Source: Patescibacteria group bacterium (GTDB lineage: Bacteria; Patescibacteriota; Minisyncoccia; Phycocordibacterales; Phycocordibacteraceae). Taken from it: a stretch of DNA of 64,000 nucleotides. Numbering within the stretch: the first letter of the stretch is position 1; each line of letters opens with the position of its first letter. The stretch spans positions 110,896 to 174,895 of the forward strand of contig JAZKAU010000003.1 of assembly GCA_040388985.1 (NCBI GenBank). Reading direction: 5' to 3'. The notes beneath the pieces were generated by a model. It ran no database searches and had not been told where the DNA came from. It saw only the letters and a program-made list of their open reading frames with translations. Both the position numbers and the translations under genes were made by a program. Positions 1 through 8,946 of this stretch are shown one piece after another.

Positions 1-774
1 CGCTGAACGCACCACGGCCTCGAGAAATGCGCCGGCAGGCGCATACAAGCCGAGCGCGAAGAGCGTCGCCAACAGCCAGGCATGCGCGAGCGCGGCGCTC
101 GCGGCGCTTCTCAGAAAACGAGATGGTTTCCATACGAGCGCGAGAAACGCGCAGAGAACGAGGAACGAAGCGTCGCTGAGCAGGCCGCCATCGATAGATT
201 TATCAAGCACGATGAATGATACGAATCCGTATAGCAGCAGGCGGATCAGTTGTCTGCGCCTGCCCACTACCCCTTCAGTCTGCGCTGGCACTACGAGGAG
301 TGACGAAAGGAACGCTAGCGCGAATAGCACTACGCAGAGCCAGCGTAGTGCTCCCGGCACGTACGGGACCAGGGCGCTCCCCGTATCCGCGCGACCGATA
401 AGCACGGATGTCCAGGCAGTCCCGGCAGTCGCGATAACGACCTTGCCGATATGGGTATGGGTGACACGCGTTCCGCTGAGCTCGTCGCCTGAGAAAAATA
501 CCGCCACCTCCGTCTTCGGAATCCCATATAGATCGAACACATGCCACTGCCAGAATCCGATGATCATGAAGAGGCTGATGAGGGAAAGAGAGGCGATCGA
601 CGCTATCCAGCGGTAGATACGACTCGCGGAACTGACACGAAAGGTCGTACGCAGAAAAAGACCCGTTCCGAGCACTGCTGCCAGATATGCGGCTAGTAAG
701 AAAAAGCGTATCGGATACGTGCCATCCGATCCTATGGCCATCACACTGTTCAATGCGGCGAGAAGCAACGACAT
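1..774 (-). CDS. Integral membrane protein, 5'-partial in window (N-terminus MSLLLAALNSVMAIGSDGTYPIRFFLLAAYLAAVLG...; continues past the window edge)
   Basis: Manual minus-strand translation from ATG at 774..772 gives a strongly hydrophobic, multi-TM sequence in the same frame as, and 1 codon after, the stop of the upstream membrane-protein gene. The ORF track does not list it because it runs off the window edge. Confidence 0.45.
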   Translation of the reverse strand, partial: MSLLLAALNSVMAIGSDGTYPIRFFLLAAYLAAVLGTGLFLRTTFRVSSASRIYRWIASIASLSLISLFMIIGFWQWHVFDLYGIPKTEVAVFFSGDELSGTRVTHTHIGKVVIATAGTAWTSVLIGRADTGSALVPYVPGALRWLCVVLFALAFLSSLLVVPAQTEGVVGRRRQLIRLLLYGFVSFIVLDKSIDGGLLSDASFLVLCAFLALVWKPSRFLRSAASAALAHAWLLATLFALGLYAPAGAFLEAVVRSA

Positions 775-777
775 GGA

Positions 778-1278
778 TCAGAGCGGCCGCGGCCGCACAT
801 GCAGAGAGAATGCGATGGTGGTAACGACTGGCGTGAGGATAAGCGTAAGCAGCCAGGCTATGAAAAAGGATGCTAAGGATAGTGATCCCATAGCTATCAG
901 GAAGATGCCTGCAATCAGTACGTAGTTGCCGTGATCGACGAATGGCAGGAACGCGCCACGCGGCAAGCCGCATCGCCGCTTTATGAAACTTCCGGCCGCG
1001 TGTCCGGCATAGACAAGAAGAGCGAGCACCAGAGCGTGCGGAATTGGCAGCACTGCTTGTCCAATACTGCCGATCAACACGCAAAGCACTAGACCGCACC
1101 ACGTGGTCGAGTCTCCGAACAACCGGTGTCCGTCAGGAAGCGTCCACCCTCCATCAAGCGGCCTATCCCTATGCCGTACGCGCGGATAGGTAGCGCCGAG
1201 ATATCCGAGGCCATTGAGACTCAGGTTCACGAACCAGCACCAAGGAAGGAACCAGAGGAGCTCGGTCATCATATGCAT
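778..1278 (-). CDS. Small polytopic membrane protein (hypothetical)
   Basis: The C-terminal 160 aa of ORF 778..1479 are hydrophobic with about 4 TM helices (GLVLCVLIGSIGQAVLPIPHALVLALLVYAGHAAGSFIKRR...). The first 67 aa of the tracked ORF are low-complexity, so the start was moved to ATG at 1278 (MHMMTELLWFLPW). Tightly spaced with its neighbours, operon-like. Confidence 0.45.
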   Translation of the reverse strand: MHMMTELLWFLPWCWFVNLSLNGLGYLGATYPRVRHRDRPLDGGWTLPDGHRLFGDSTTWCGLVLCVLIGSIGQAVLPIPHALVLALLVYAGHAAGSFIKRRCGLPRGAFLPFVDHGNYVLIAGIFLIAMGSLSLASFFIAWLLTLILTPVVTTIAFSLHVRPRPL

Positions 1279-1297
1279 GAGTATACTCCGAACCTCT

Positions 1298-1732
1298 CTA
1301 TCCGGCCTTTTTCGTCCGGAACACCATCCGGGACATACACATGTTGAAGACGTACAAGATACTAATGGTCGCGATAACCCCGAGCGGCGGCGGGAGATGC
1401 ACCCATTCGACAAGGAATACAAGCAATGGAAGACCGAGCAGGTATCCGCCTGCTTCCAGGAGCGAGAAGCCGATGACATGCCGAGCGATGGCGTATCTGG
1501 TCCGGTGTCCGAATACCCAGATGCGCAGCGCGAAGAATTTGAATATGAAACGCGCGAGGAACCCGATGAGTGACGCGAGCACGTACCAGACGCCGAAGAA
1601 ATGATAGAGGACCCAGAATACGCCGAAGTTAAGGGTCACATTCCCCATACCGACAAGGACGTATCGGGCCAGGAATACAGAGTCAGTCGAGGTGACGCGC
1701 CATGCGTGCGTGAGTCTTGGCATGATATTCAT
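1298..1732 (-). CDS. GtrA-family membrane protein (polysaccharide synthesis / flippase-associated)
   Basis: 144 aa with 4 TM helices and the typical GtrA pattern VFLARYVLVGMGNVTLNFGVFWVLYHFFGVWYVLASLIGFLA. ATG start verified. Confidence 0.65.
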   Translation of the reverse strand: MNIMPRLTHAWRVTSTDSVFLARYVLVGMGNVTLNFGVFWVLYHFFGVWYVLASLIGFLARFIFKFFALRIWVFGHRTRYAIARHVIGFSLLEAGGYLLGLPLLVFLVEWVHLPPPLGVIATISILYVFNMCMSRMVFRTKKAG

Positions 1733-1761
1733 CCCTGTATTCTACCCGAACGCCGTTGTCG

Positions 1762-3144
1762 CTAACTGCCTGAGAGCGTATCGATATCTGACTGGAACTG
1801 GGCGGCGAAGCCCATGACGCCGTCGCCATAGAAGGAATATGCAGGATTGCTAGCGCCTCCCCAACCGGCGAAATAGCGGAGCGCCGCCAGGCGCTCCGCC
1901 TCCGGGGTCTTCGCGGTAGCGCCATTGTCCGCCATGAGGATAGCGGTGGCCGTAAAGGCGTCGAGATTATTCCACGGATTGGCGATAGTCCCGGGATGCC
2001 CTGCAGCTGACGCGACACGGCTCGCATACAGGACCCAGGTCGAAGGGATGAACTGTGCCGGTCCCATAGCGCCGCCATAGCCGCCTGCCTGCGGACAAGA
2101 GATGACCTGGCTGAAGGGATCGATGCCGAGCGATGCCGTTATCTGCATGAACGGATCCACATCGCGCGTAGGCTTCATGACGCCCGAGAACGGCGTACCC
2201 GTGTTCTTCCCTTTTCCGTCGCCGATGTTAGGCGAATTCGTAAGGAGGCACTGACCGACATTCTGTCCGAGGTTCGTCTCTTGTTTCAGGATGCCGAGGA
2301 TAAGCGCGGGGCGTACGCCAGTCGATGCTCCCGCAGCTTTGGCAAGCGATATGGCGGCCGGCAGTGATATCTGTCCGCTACCTCCGGCAAGAGCGAAGAG
2401 TTCCGCGCGGATCTGCGCGGCCGTCTTCTGCTGCGTATCGAAGATACTCTGATAGGTCGCGGCCGTGTTCTTATTAGCCGCCAAGAGCTTCTTCTTCTGA
2501 TTCTGTTGATCCACTATCTGCGCTTCTTCGCTCGCCTGTTCCTGGCGGAGCCGTTCTTGCTCGGATTTCTGATCAACGAGCGCATCCTTCTCAGTCTCGG
2601 TAGCCGAGCGGGTGTGGTTCAGCTGGTCGGATGACTTCGCTATCTCCTGCTTGAGCGCGACGAAGGAGTCGAGATCGCCGAAGAACGAGGAGACGTCCTG
2701 GGCTGAGAGCGCGACTTCGACGAGCGAGTAGTCATCTATCTCGGATGTCTGACGCAGGATCTGCGCGAGCGACTCCCGTTCGCTCTCGAGCTCGCCCGAA
2801 AGCTGGCCGATGGTGCTGGCATGTATCGTGATGTTCTGCGCGAGCGCCTCGATCTGCACCTGTGTCGCCCGTATCTGAAGCTGGGAGCGCTTGATACCTG
2901 CGTCAAGGATGCTGATATCGCGCTGGATGGACTGCCCTTCGGCGTGGAGGCCGGTAAGCGTGCCCTGGGTCTGTGCTATCTGCTTCTCCAGATCATCGAG
3001 CTGGGCCTGGAGCGCCGCGCGGCGCGCGGCTATGTCGCCGTCGGTCTGGGCGAAGGTGGGGTGTATAAGGACTGCGTAGGCAGCGAGCATGACAGCCAAG
3101 ATGCTTAGGACTGCCAGGGAACGACGTAAGAAGGTACGGGACAT
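1762..3144 (-). CDS. Secreted coiled-coil protein with C-terminal lytic-transglycosylase-like domain
   Basis: Signal-peptide-like N-terminus from ATG 3144 (MSRTFLRRSLAVLSILAVMLAAYA). It is followed by about 230 aa of Q/E/L-rich coiled coil, then ALILGILKQETNLGQNVGQC...AGGYGGAMGPAQFIPSTW, which resembles SLT/MltB-type muramidase cores. The tracked ORF extends to 3216, but its first 24 aa are not protein-like. Confidence 0.5.
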   Translation of the reverse strand: MSRTFLRRSLAVLSILAVMLAAYAVLIHPTFAQTDGDIAARRAALQAQLDDLEKQIAQTQGTLTGLHAEGQSIQRDISILDAGIKRSQLQIRATQVQIEALAQNITIHASTIGQLSGELESERESLAQILRQTSEIDDYSLVEVALSAQDVSSFFGDLDSFVALKQEIAKSSDQLNHTRSATETEKDALVDQKSEQERLRQEQASEEAQIVDQQNQKKKLLAANKNTAATYQSIFDTQQKTAAQIRAELFALAGGSGQISLPAAISLAKAAGASTGVRPALILGILKQETNLGQNVGQCLLTNSPNIGDGKGKNTGTPFSGVMKPTRDVDPFMQITASLGIDPFSQVISCPQAGGYGGAMGPAQFIPSTWVLYASRVASAAGHPGTIANPWNNLDAFTATAILMADNGATAKTPEAERLAALRYFAGWGGASNPAYSFYGDGVMGFAAQFQSDIDTLSGS

Positions 3145-3213
3145 GGTAGAGAAGCAGTATAACATTTGAGACGTTAGGTTTCGTGAAGACTTACGAATAT
3201 GACCGAACAAAGG

Positions 3214-3250
3214 CAAAACAGCAGCGCGCCGAAGGCGCGCTGCTGTTTTG
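3214..3250 (-). terminator. Rho-independent terminator downstream of rplY (perfect stem CAAAACAGCAGCGCGCC-GAA-GGCGCGCTGCTGTTTTG)
   Basis: 17-bp perfect inverted repeat with a GAA loop. On the minus strand it is followed by TTTTGCCTTTGTTCGG. It lies between the rplY stop (3271) and the next gene start (3144). Confidence 0.7.
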
Positions 3251-3270
3251 CCTACACTGATCCTTCGAAA

Positions 3271-3927
3271 TTATTCTGCCGCAGCAGGAGCCTCCTCTTC
3301 AGCTTCTCCCTCTCCCTTACCCTTCTGCTCCACTTCGATAGCGTCCATATCAGGAGCCGCAGTATCGGTCTCTTCCTCCTGTGAGGCTTCCTGTACGAGT
3401 ACGACGACTTCTTCGACGTCGGTGGGCGTCTCGACTCCCTTCGGAAGCTTGATGTCCTTCACGTGGATCTGCGCGCCGATCTCAGCGAGTACGGAAATGT
3501 CGACTTCGAGCTCGTGCGGGAGACTGCTCGCATCAGCGACGACGTCCAGCTCATGCATTACCTTGACGAGGTTCGCGCCGGCCTTCACTGCTGCTGACTC
3601 GCCGACGAAGACGAGCGGCACGGAGACTTCGACTTTCGCGCCCTTCTCGATGGCATAGAAATCAGCGTGGCGCGGGAGCGTCGTCACCGGGTCGCGATCG
3701 ACGTCGTGGATGAGCACCTGTAGAGATGAACCGAGTCCCGTAAGCTCGATGATGGAAGACTCACCGGCATCGCGAAGAACTTTCTTGAATTCCGGGAGTA
3801 CGAGCGTGATGGCCATGCTCTCCTGCTTAGGCCCGTAGACCACTGCTGGCATGCGGTCGTCTTTAAGAAGCCGGCGCGCGGCGCTGCCCGTTTCCGAGCG
3901 CTTGGTAGCGTTTAACGTAATGGTCAT
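3271..3927 (-). CDS. rplY: 50S ribosomal protein bL25 / general stress protein Ctc
   Basis: MTITLNATKRSETGSAARRLLKDDRMPAVVYG... matches the L25/Ctc N-terminal beta-barrel. There is an acidic C-terminal tail. ATG verified. Confidence 0.85.
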   Translation of the reverse strand: MTITLNATKRSETGSAARRLLKDDRMPAVVYGPKQESMAITLVLPEFKKVLRDAGESSIIELTGLGSSLQVLIHDVDRDPVTTLPRHADFYAIEKGAKVEVSVPLVFVGESAAVKAGANLVKVMHELDVVADASSLPHELEVDISVLAEIGAQIHVKDIKLPKGVETPTDVEEVVVLVQEASQEEETDTAAPDMDAIEVEQKGKGEGEAEEEAPAAAE

Positions 3928-3985
3928 AGTGAAAAGACTGTATCAGATTGCAGACGTACGAGCAAATAGGCTGGCTTTGAGAGCC

Positions 3986-5071
3986 TTAACACGCAGAGTC
4001 TTTGAGAGTAAAACAGGCGTCCTCCTTGAGCCGCGCCAGGAAGGCCTCACGCGCGGCAGGCACGTTCTCGTCCTTCCCTTTCCATATAGTGAGCGCCTCA
4101 TCCTGGAGCGCGCGGGCGTACGAGAACGTGAGAGGCCATGGCACGTTCTTTTCTTTAGCCTTCGCTTCAATAGCTCGTAGGTTCGCGGTAGCCTGTTCGG
4201 TCGACTGTCCGCCGGACAAGAAGACGATGCCGGCCATACCTTTAGGTACGGTCTCAAGAAGTACGGCGATCGTATCTTCTGCCACTTCTTCGGGAGTATC
4301 GATGCGGCCGCTCTCGCTTCCGGAAAGTACCATCGAGGTCTTGAGGATTACGCCGGAGAGGTCTACGTGCTGGTCTTGAAGCGTATTCATGAGCGTGCCG
4401 AGCGTCTGCGCCGTCACTTCGCGCGCACGAAGTCTGCTGTGAGTCCCTTCGTGGAGCACTTCAGGCTCGACGAGAGGAACCATGCCGGCTCTCTGGGCTT
4501 CTAGAGCATATGAGGCGAGACGCTTTGCGTTCTCGTGGATGGCGGTAGCGGTCGGCAACCGCGTGCCGTCTATCTTTATAGCGGCGCGCCACTTCGTGAA
4601 GCCGGTATCGTACTTCGCCTTGAAATCCGCGAGACGCTCAGCGAGCCCGAGGAGACCTTTGGTGATAGTCTCGTCGCCGCCTTCCGGAAACGGCTCGAGA
4701 CCCTGGTCTACCTTTATGCCCGGAATGATTCCCTTCTTATGCAGGAACTCTGCGAACGGCGTACCATCGTCAGCTTTCTGGGTAAGGGTCTCTTCGTAGA
4801 GGATGACGCCCGAGAGATACAGCTCTGCACCGGGAGCGGCGAGGAAGAGGTCTCTAAATTTACGCCGCATCTCCGCGCTGCTCTTTATGCCGTACTGCGT
4901 AAGACGCTTGTCGGCAGTGGTCGTGCTCTCATCGGCCGCAAGGATGCCCTTGCCGGAGCGGAGGAGCTGATGGGAGGTATAGGCGAGGTCGATCATTGCT
5001 TGCAGTATAGCAAGAGTTTGCACGCATGCCGGGCAATTGTGCTGTGGGTCGGGTGATATAGTGGGAGTCAT
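3986..5071 (-). CDS. fba: Fructose-bisphosphate aldolase, class I (eukaryotic-type, Schiff-base)
   Basis: GKGILAADESTTTADKRL and LSGVILYEETLTQKADDGTPF are hallmark class I aldolase motifs. ATG at 5071 verified. An alternative ATG at 4996 would leave too few residues before the GKGILAADES motif. Confidence 0.85.
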   Translation of the reverse strand: MTPTISPDPQHNCPACVQTLAILQAMIDLAYTSHQLLRSGKGILAADESTTTADKRLTQYGIKSSAEMRRKFRDLFLAAPGAELYLSGVILYEETLTQKADDGTPFAEFLHKKGIIPGIKVDQGLEPFPEGGDETITKGLLGLAERLADFKAKYDTGFTKWRAAIKIDGTRLPTATAIHENAKRLASYALEAQRAGMVPLVEPEVLHEGTHSRLRAREVTAQTLGTLMNTLQDQHVDLSGVILKTSMVLSGSESGRIDTPEEVAEDTIAVLLETVPKGMAGIVFLSGGQSTEQATANLRAIEAKAKEKNVPWPLTFSYARALQDEALTIWKGKDENVPAAREAFLARLKEDACFTLKDSAC

Positions 5072-6067
5072 ATGCGACCTCTAGATTTCCTCGCCATCGG
5101 CGACATCGTTACCGAGCCCTTTATCCGCCTTACTGATGCGACGGTGGCACAGGCTGCGGACGGCACCCAGATGCTCTCCATGCGTTTCGGCGACAAGATA
5201 CCGTACGAATCGAGCACGGATATGCCGGCGGTCGGGAATGCATCGAATGCCGCCGTCGCAGTAGCGCGCCTCGGTCTCTCTTCGGCGCTTCGCGCGTATG
5301 TGGGCGACGACGTGCAAGGCACGCAGTGCCTTGCACGTCTGGTCGAAGAAAAAGTCGACACCGAGTACATGGTCACGGAGCCGGGCTCGAAGACCAATCA
5401 CCACTACGTGCTCTGGTACGGCAATGACCGGACCATCCTCGTGAAGCATGAAGCTTTTAACTACGACGTACCGACCATCGCGAATCCTCCGAAATGGGTC
5501 TATCTCTCTTCGCTTGCGGCCAACACTCTCGCCTATCACCACGCCATCGCCGAGATGCTCTCGTACCATCCGGATACGAAGCTCGCCTTCCAGCCCGGCA
5601 CTTTCCAGATGTCGCTCGGCGTCGAAGCGCTGAGGCCCATATATGAGCGCACGGATTTCTTCGTCGTGAATGTCGAGGAGGCCGAACGCATCTTGGGACT
5701 TCCTGAAGGACAGGACATCTCTCTGCTGCTCGAAAGCGTACACGCGCTCGGGCCAAAGGTCGTCGCCATCACTGATGGCACGAAGGGCGCGTACGCGTAT
5801 GACGGTACGCGCAAGATGCGCGTACCTATGTATCCGGACATACGAGGGCCCTATGAGCGTACCGGGGCCGGCGACGCATTTGCCTCCACGACCGTCGCCG
5901 CGCTCGCGCTCGGGAAACCGCTCGAAGAAGCGCTTCTATGGGGCCCGATAAATTCCATGTCGGTCGTTCAGGACGTCGGTGCGCAGCGCGGGCTCCTTAC
6001 CCTCGATACCCTCCTCGACTATCTCGTTAAGGCGCCTCCCGAATACGCGGTGACCGACCTGTCATGA
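5072..6067 (+). CDS. PfkB-family carbohydrate/nucleoside kinase (ribokinase-like)
   Basis: N-terminal DFLAIGDIVTEPFIRL and C-terminal TGAGDAF (the PfkB signature 2 anion hole). 331 aa. Confidence 0.8.
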   Translation: MRPLDFLAIGDIVTEPFIRLTDATVAQAADGTQMLSMRFGDKIPYESSTDMPAVGNASNAAVAVARLGLSSALRAYVGDDVQGTQCLARLVEEKVDTEYMVTEPGSKTNHHYVLWYGNDRTILVKHEAFNYDVPTIANPPKWVYLSSLAANTLAYHHAIAEMLSYHPDTKLAFQPGTFQMSLGVEALRPIYERTDFFVVNVEEAERILGLPEGQDISLLLESVHALGPKVVAITDGTKGAYAYDGTRKMRVPMYPDIRGPYERTGAGDAFASTTVAALALGKPLEEALLWGPINSMSVVQDVGAQRGLLTLDTLLDYLVKAPPEYAVTDLS

Positions 6068-6094
6068 CTTGCGCTCAATCTTTGTAGCTTTCCT

Positions 6095-6130
6095 CGGAAC
6101 ATCGTACGTCCTAGGACGTACGATGTTCCG
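6095..6130. repeat. 36-nt perfect palindrome CGGAACATCGTACGTCCTAGGACGTACGATGTTCCG, 28 nt downstream of the pfkB stop
   Basis: Read directly; every position pairs. It is followed by GGGAGGCCTTTCTATT. Likely a transcription terminator or protein-binding site. Confidence 0.6.
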
Positions 6131-6440
6131 GGGAGGCCTTTCTATTAAAGTCGCACGGCTTGCATCCTGGGAATGCGATAAACGCGTGAGGCCCACTTCT
6201 TCCGTAAACGGGAGAAGTGGGCCTAGATGTAGTGACCTGCGAACCCGAAGGCTTGCAATTCCAAGACGAAGTCCGTAATTCTCTTACGTCGGACTTAGGC
6301 ACCAGTGCGGTTGGAAGACGCACTATAGGTAGCTCGAAGGATGGTCAATCCTGCGAACCTTGCCGCTTTTGCGCGACGGCCGTCTTGGGTATCTTTCCAA
6401 ATACAGTATACAGACTTGAACAAGTTTGTCAAGCATCCTT

Positions 6441-6519
6441 GAAATTGGGTGAAATTGGGGTCAGGCACCATTTCTTGTGAAATTGGTGTCATGAAATTGG
6501 TGTCAGGCACCATTTCTTG
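6441..6519. repeat. Direct repeats: two 27-bp units GAAATTGG(G/T)GTCAGGCACCATTTCTTG (6451..6477 and 6493..6519) plus two extra GAAATTGG half-sites
   Basis: Read directly from sequence. Only two full copies with 15-bp spacing, so not a CRISPR array. Confidence 0.7.
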
Positions 6520-6540
6520 AGCCGCAAGAGATGGTAACCC

Positions 6541-7542
6541 TTATCTTATTCCCGCCATCTGACGAGCGACTTCAGCTATGTGGGCAGCAGAAAGGCCGTA
6601 GTGTTCGAGAAGCTCTTCGGGAGTGCCAGATTGGCCGAAGACGTCGAGGATGCCGAGGCGCGTGATAGGCACAGGATACTTTTCTGATAGGCACTCGGAG
6701 ACTGCCGAACCGAAGCCGCCAGCGGCTTGGTGCTCTTCTATAGTGATGACTTTGCCGGTGCGCTTGGCGGCTGCGACTACCGCTTCAACATCGAGCGGTT
6801 TGATAGTCGCGATATGGAGCACGATAGAACCGATGCCGTCGGCCTCAAGCGCGCGAGCAGCCCCGAGCGCGGTCGAGCTCATGCTGCCGGTAGACATAAG
6901 CGTCACCTTCGGCGCCCCTTTATCTCCTTGTGATTCCCAGAGCGTGAGCGCCTTCCCTATCTCAAACGGACTCTCGGGAGTCGAGATAAGCGGCACGGGA
7001 GCGCGACCGAACCGGATATACGTCGGGTCTTTGGTCGCTGCCGCAGCCACCGTCGCCTTTCGCGCTTCTTCCGCGTCCATAGGGTTCATGACGACCATGC
7101 GCGGAAGCATGCGCATGAGACCGATATCTTCTAACATCTGGTGGGTGGCGCCGTCAGGCCCCACCGACACGCCCGCGTGCATGCCAGCAATCTTCACCGG
7201 TACATTGTTAAGCGCGATGGTCGTGCGGATCTGCTCGTAGTTGCGGCCGGGACTGAAGGCGGCGTAGGAAGCTATGAACGGTATCTTGCCGGCAAGCGCG
7301 AAGCCTGCGGCGAGCGCCGCCATGTTCTGCTCGGCGATGCCGACTTCGATGAAGCGATCCGGGAATTCTTTTTCGAACCATTCTGCCCTCGTCGACTCCT
7401 TCAGGTCGGCGCAGAGTACGACGACATTCGGGTCTGTCTTCCCTGCCTCGATGGTACCGGTGCCGAAGCCATCACGCGTCGACTTCTGTTCGACGTCCTT
7501 GTCGAATACGTTCGGTACCAATTTCGCGTGAGGGGATATCAT
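6541..7542 (-). CDS. tkt: Transketolase, C-terminal subunit (pyrimidine-binding and C-terminal domains)
   Basis: 333 aa; ...FIEVGIAEQNMAALAAGFALAGKIPFIASYAAF... is typical of split transketolase subunit B. ATG verified. Its start overlaps the MazG stop (ATGA). Confidence 0.85.
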   Translation of the reverse strand: MISPHAKLVPNVFDKDVEQKSTRDGFGTGTIEAGKTDPNVVVLCADLKESTRAEWFEKEFPDRFIEVGIAEQNMAALAAGFALAGKIPFIASYAAFSPGRNYEQIRTTIALNNVPVKIAGMHAGVSVGPDGATHQMLEDIGLMRMLPRMVVMNPMDAEEARKATVAAAATKDPTYIRFGRAPVPLISTPESPFEIGKALTLWESQGDKGAPKVTLMSTGSMSSTALGAARALEADGIGSIVLHIATIKPLDVEAVVAAAKRTGKVITIEEHQAAGGFGSAVSECLSEKYPVPITRLGILDVFGQSGTPEELLEHYGLSAAHIAEVARQMAGIR

Positions 7543-8057
7543 ATGCCGTCGTTCTTACGATATTCCTTCTTCACCTTCCAATACGCGTCCTCAGTGCCCG
7601 GCTCCTGGCCTTCCGGCCGATCGCTGAAGAGCTCTGCTGGGTATTTCTTCTTCGCATGCTCGAGCTTCTCTCGGATCAAGGCGGCGGTATCAAGCCCGAG
7701 CGACACGGATATATCAAGACAATAGATGAGTACGTCAGCCAACTCTTTCTTGATCGCGCTTACCTTCTCAGGATTCCCTTTCACTTCCTCCAGGCTCGGA
7801 TTATCCCACTGAAAGAGTTCGAGTAATTCTCCCGCTTCGATGGAAACGGATTTCGCGAGGTCGCCGGGACGGAGCTGGTGCCATTTCCGTTCAGTGAGAT
7901 ATTCACGTATCTCTTGTTCAAGGTCTTGCATAGAGACTCCTGAAATTCCCCGATCTACTGCGTTGTCGCTATCACTCGAGCCTTCACCGTACGGCTCAGT
8001 ACGGCTCAGGCTCTCATTCTGCTCCGCCTTGTATATCGGGTTTTTCTGAAGTCTCAT
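7539..8057 (-). CDS. MazG-like nucleotide pyrophosphohydrolase domain protein
   Basis: EEVKGNPEKVSAIKKELADVLIYCLDISVSLGLD matches the MazG/NTP-PPase EExxE helix. 172 aa, sitting between the two transketolase halves. Confidence 0.65.
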   Translation of the reverse strand: MRLQKNPIYKAEQNESLSRTEPYGEGSSDSDNAVDRGISGVSMQDLEQEIREYLTERKWHQLRPGDLAKSVSIEAGELLELFQWDNPSLEEVKGNPEKVSAIKKELADVLIYCLDISVSLGLDTAALIREKLEHAKKKYPAELFSDRPEGQEPGTEDAYWKVKKEYRKNDGI

Positions 8058-8061
8058 AGAT

Positions 8062-8919
8062 TTATTGGTGTTCGCTCGTTATCTTTCCGTTAAGGGTCCG
8101 GAGTTCATTCAAGAACTTCTGCGCTTCTTCCTTCGACTTCGGATAGCCATGGTAGTGATAATCGAATTCTATCTCGGGAATACCTTTGCCCGGTATGGTG
8201 TGCGCGATGATGACGGTCGGCTTCTCGTATATGGTCTTCGCTTCTTCTATAGCGCCCACGAAGGCGCGGATATCGTGTCCATTCACTTCAAGCACGTGCC
8301 AGTTGAACGCTTCGTATTTCTCCTTGAGAGAATCGAGCGGCATGATGTCCTCCGTCATGCCGTCGATCTGGATATTGTTGCGATCGATGACGGCGGTGAG
8401 GTTGCTGAGCTTATTCTTTCCGGCGAACATGACCGCCTCCCACACGTTGCCTTCGTTCTGTTCCCCGTCGCCCATGCATACGTAGGTACGATTGCGCTTA
8501 CCGTCCATACGAGCGGCATAGGCCAAGCCGCACGCTTGCGAAAGTCCCTCGCCGAGCGGGCCTGAGGTGGTCTCAAGTCCCGGCAATCGCTCGCGCTCCG
8601 GGTGTCCCTGAAGCCGGCTTCCGAACTTGCGGAGTGTCAGGCACTCCTCTATCGGGAAGTATCCCGCATGCGCCATCGCAGCGTAGCGCACGGGTACGAT
8701 GTGGCCGTTGGAGAGGATGAGGCGATCGCGCTCTTCCCAGTCAGGGTTCGCGGGATCATGTTTCAATATATGGAAATAGAAAGCAGAAAATATATCTGCC
8801 ATATCGAGCGGGCCTGCGGTGTGCCCGCTCCCCGCTGCGATCAGCATGGACAGTATCGTTTCGCGTATCGCTTGCGCCTTCGCTTCAAGTTCTTGGATAT
8901 CGGTATCAGTAAGAGCCAT
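8062..8919 (-). CDS. tkt: Transketolase, N-terminal subunit (thiamine-diphosphate binding)
   Basis: SGHTAGPLDMADIFSAFYF..., GHPE..., CMGDGEQNEGNVWEA (TPP-binding GDG motif). 285 aa. Confidence 0.85.
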   Translation of the reverse strand: MALTDTDIQELEAKAQAIRETILSMLIAAGSGHTAGPLDMADIFSAFYFHILKHDPANPDWEERDRLILSNGHIVPVRYAAMAHAGYFPIEECLTLRKFGSRLQGHPERERLPGLETTSGPLGEGLSQACGLAYAARMDGKRNRTYVCMGDGEQNEGNVWEAVMFAGKNKLSNLTAVIDRNNIQIDGMTEDIMPLDSLKEKYEAFNWHVLEVNGHDIRAFVGAIEEAKTIYEKPTVIIAHTIPGKGIPEIEFDYHYHGYPKSKEEAQKFLNELRTLNGKITSEHQ

Positions 8920-8946
8920 CAGTAGAAGGATACCATGCGTACATTT

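Noticed and set aside
275-1102. 275-aa minus-strand ORF and 212..616 + strand ORF near the window start.
   Set aside because: Their translations are Arg/Ser-rich and not protein-like. They overlap, in other frames, the hydrophobic membrane-protein ORFs that have coherent TM helices.
5081-5743. 220-aa ORF antisense to the PfkB kinase gene.
   Set aside because: Fully embedded antisense to a gene with clear family motifs; R-rich, typical GC-rich shadow ORF.
6300-6350. RNase P RNA-like segment (CAGTGCGGTTGGAAGACGCACT resembles the conserved GGUGCGGUAAGAGCGCACC element).
   Set aside because: The similarity is confined to about 20 nt. I could not locate the P4 halves (AGGAAAGUCCGGGCUCC / ACAGAACCCGGCUUA) in the right order, so an RNase P call is unsupported. 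The region is kept only as a generic ncRNA candidate.
6441-6519. Possible CRISPR array (27-bp direct repeats).
   Set aside because: Only two full repeat copies with a 15-bp spacer, and no cas genes in the window. Repeat spacing is irregular (10, 28 and 14 bp between GAAATTGG sites).
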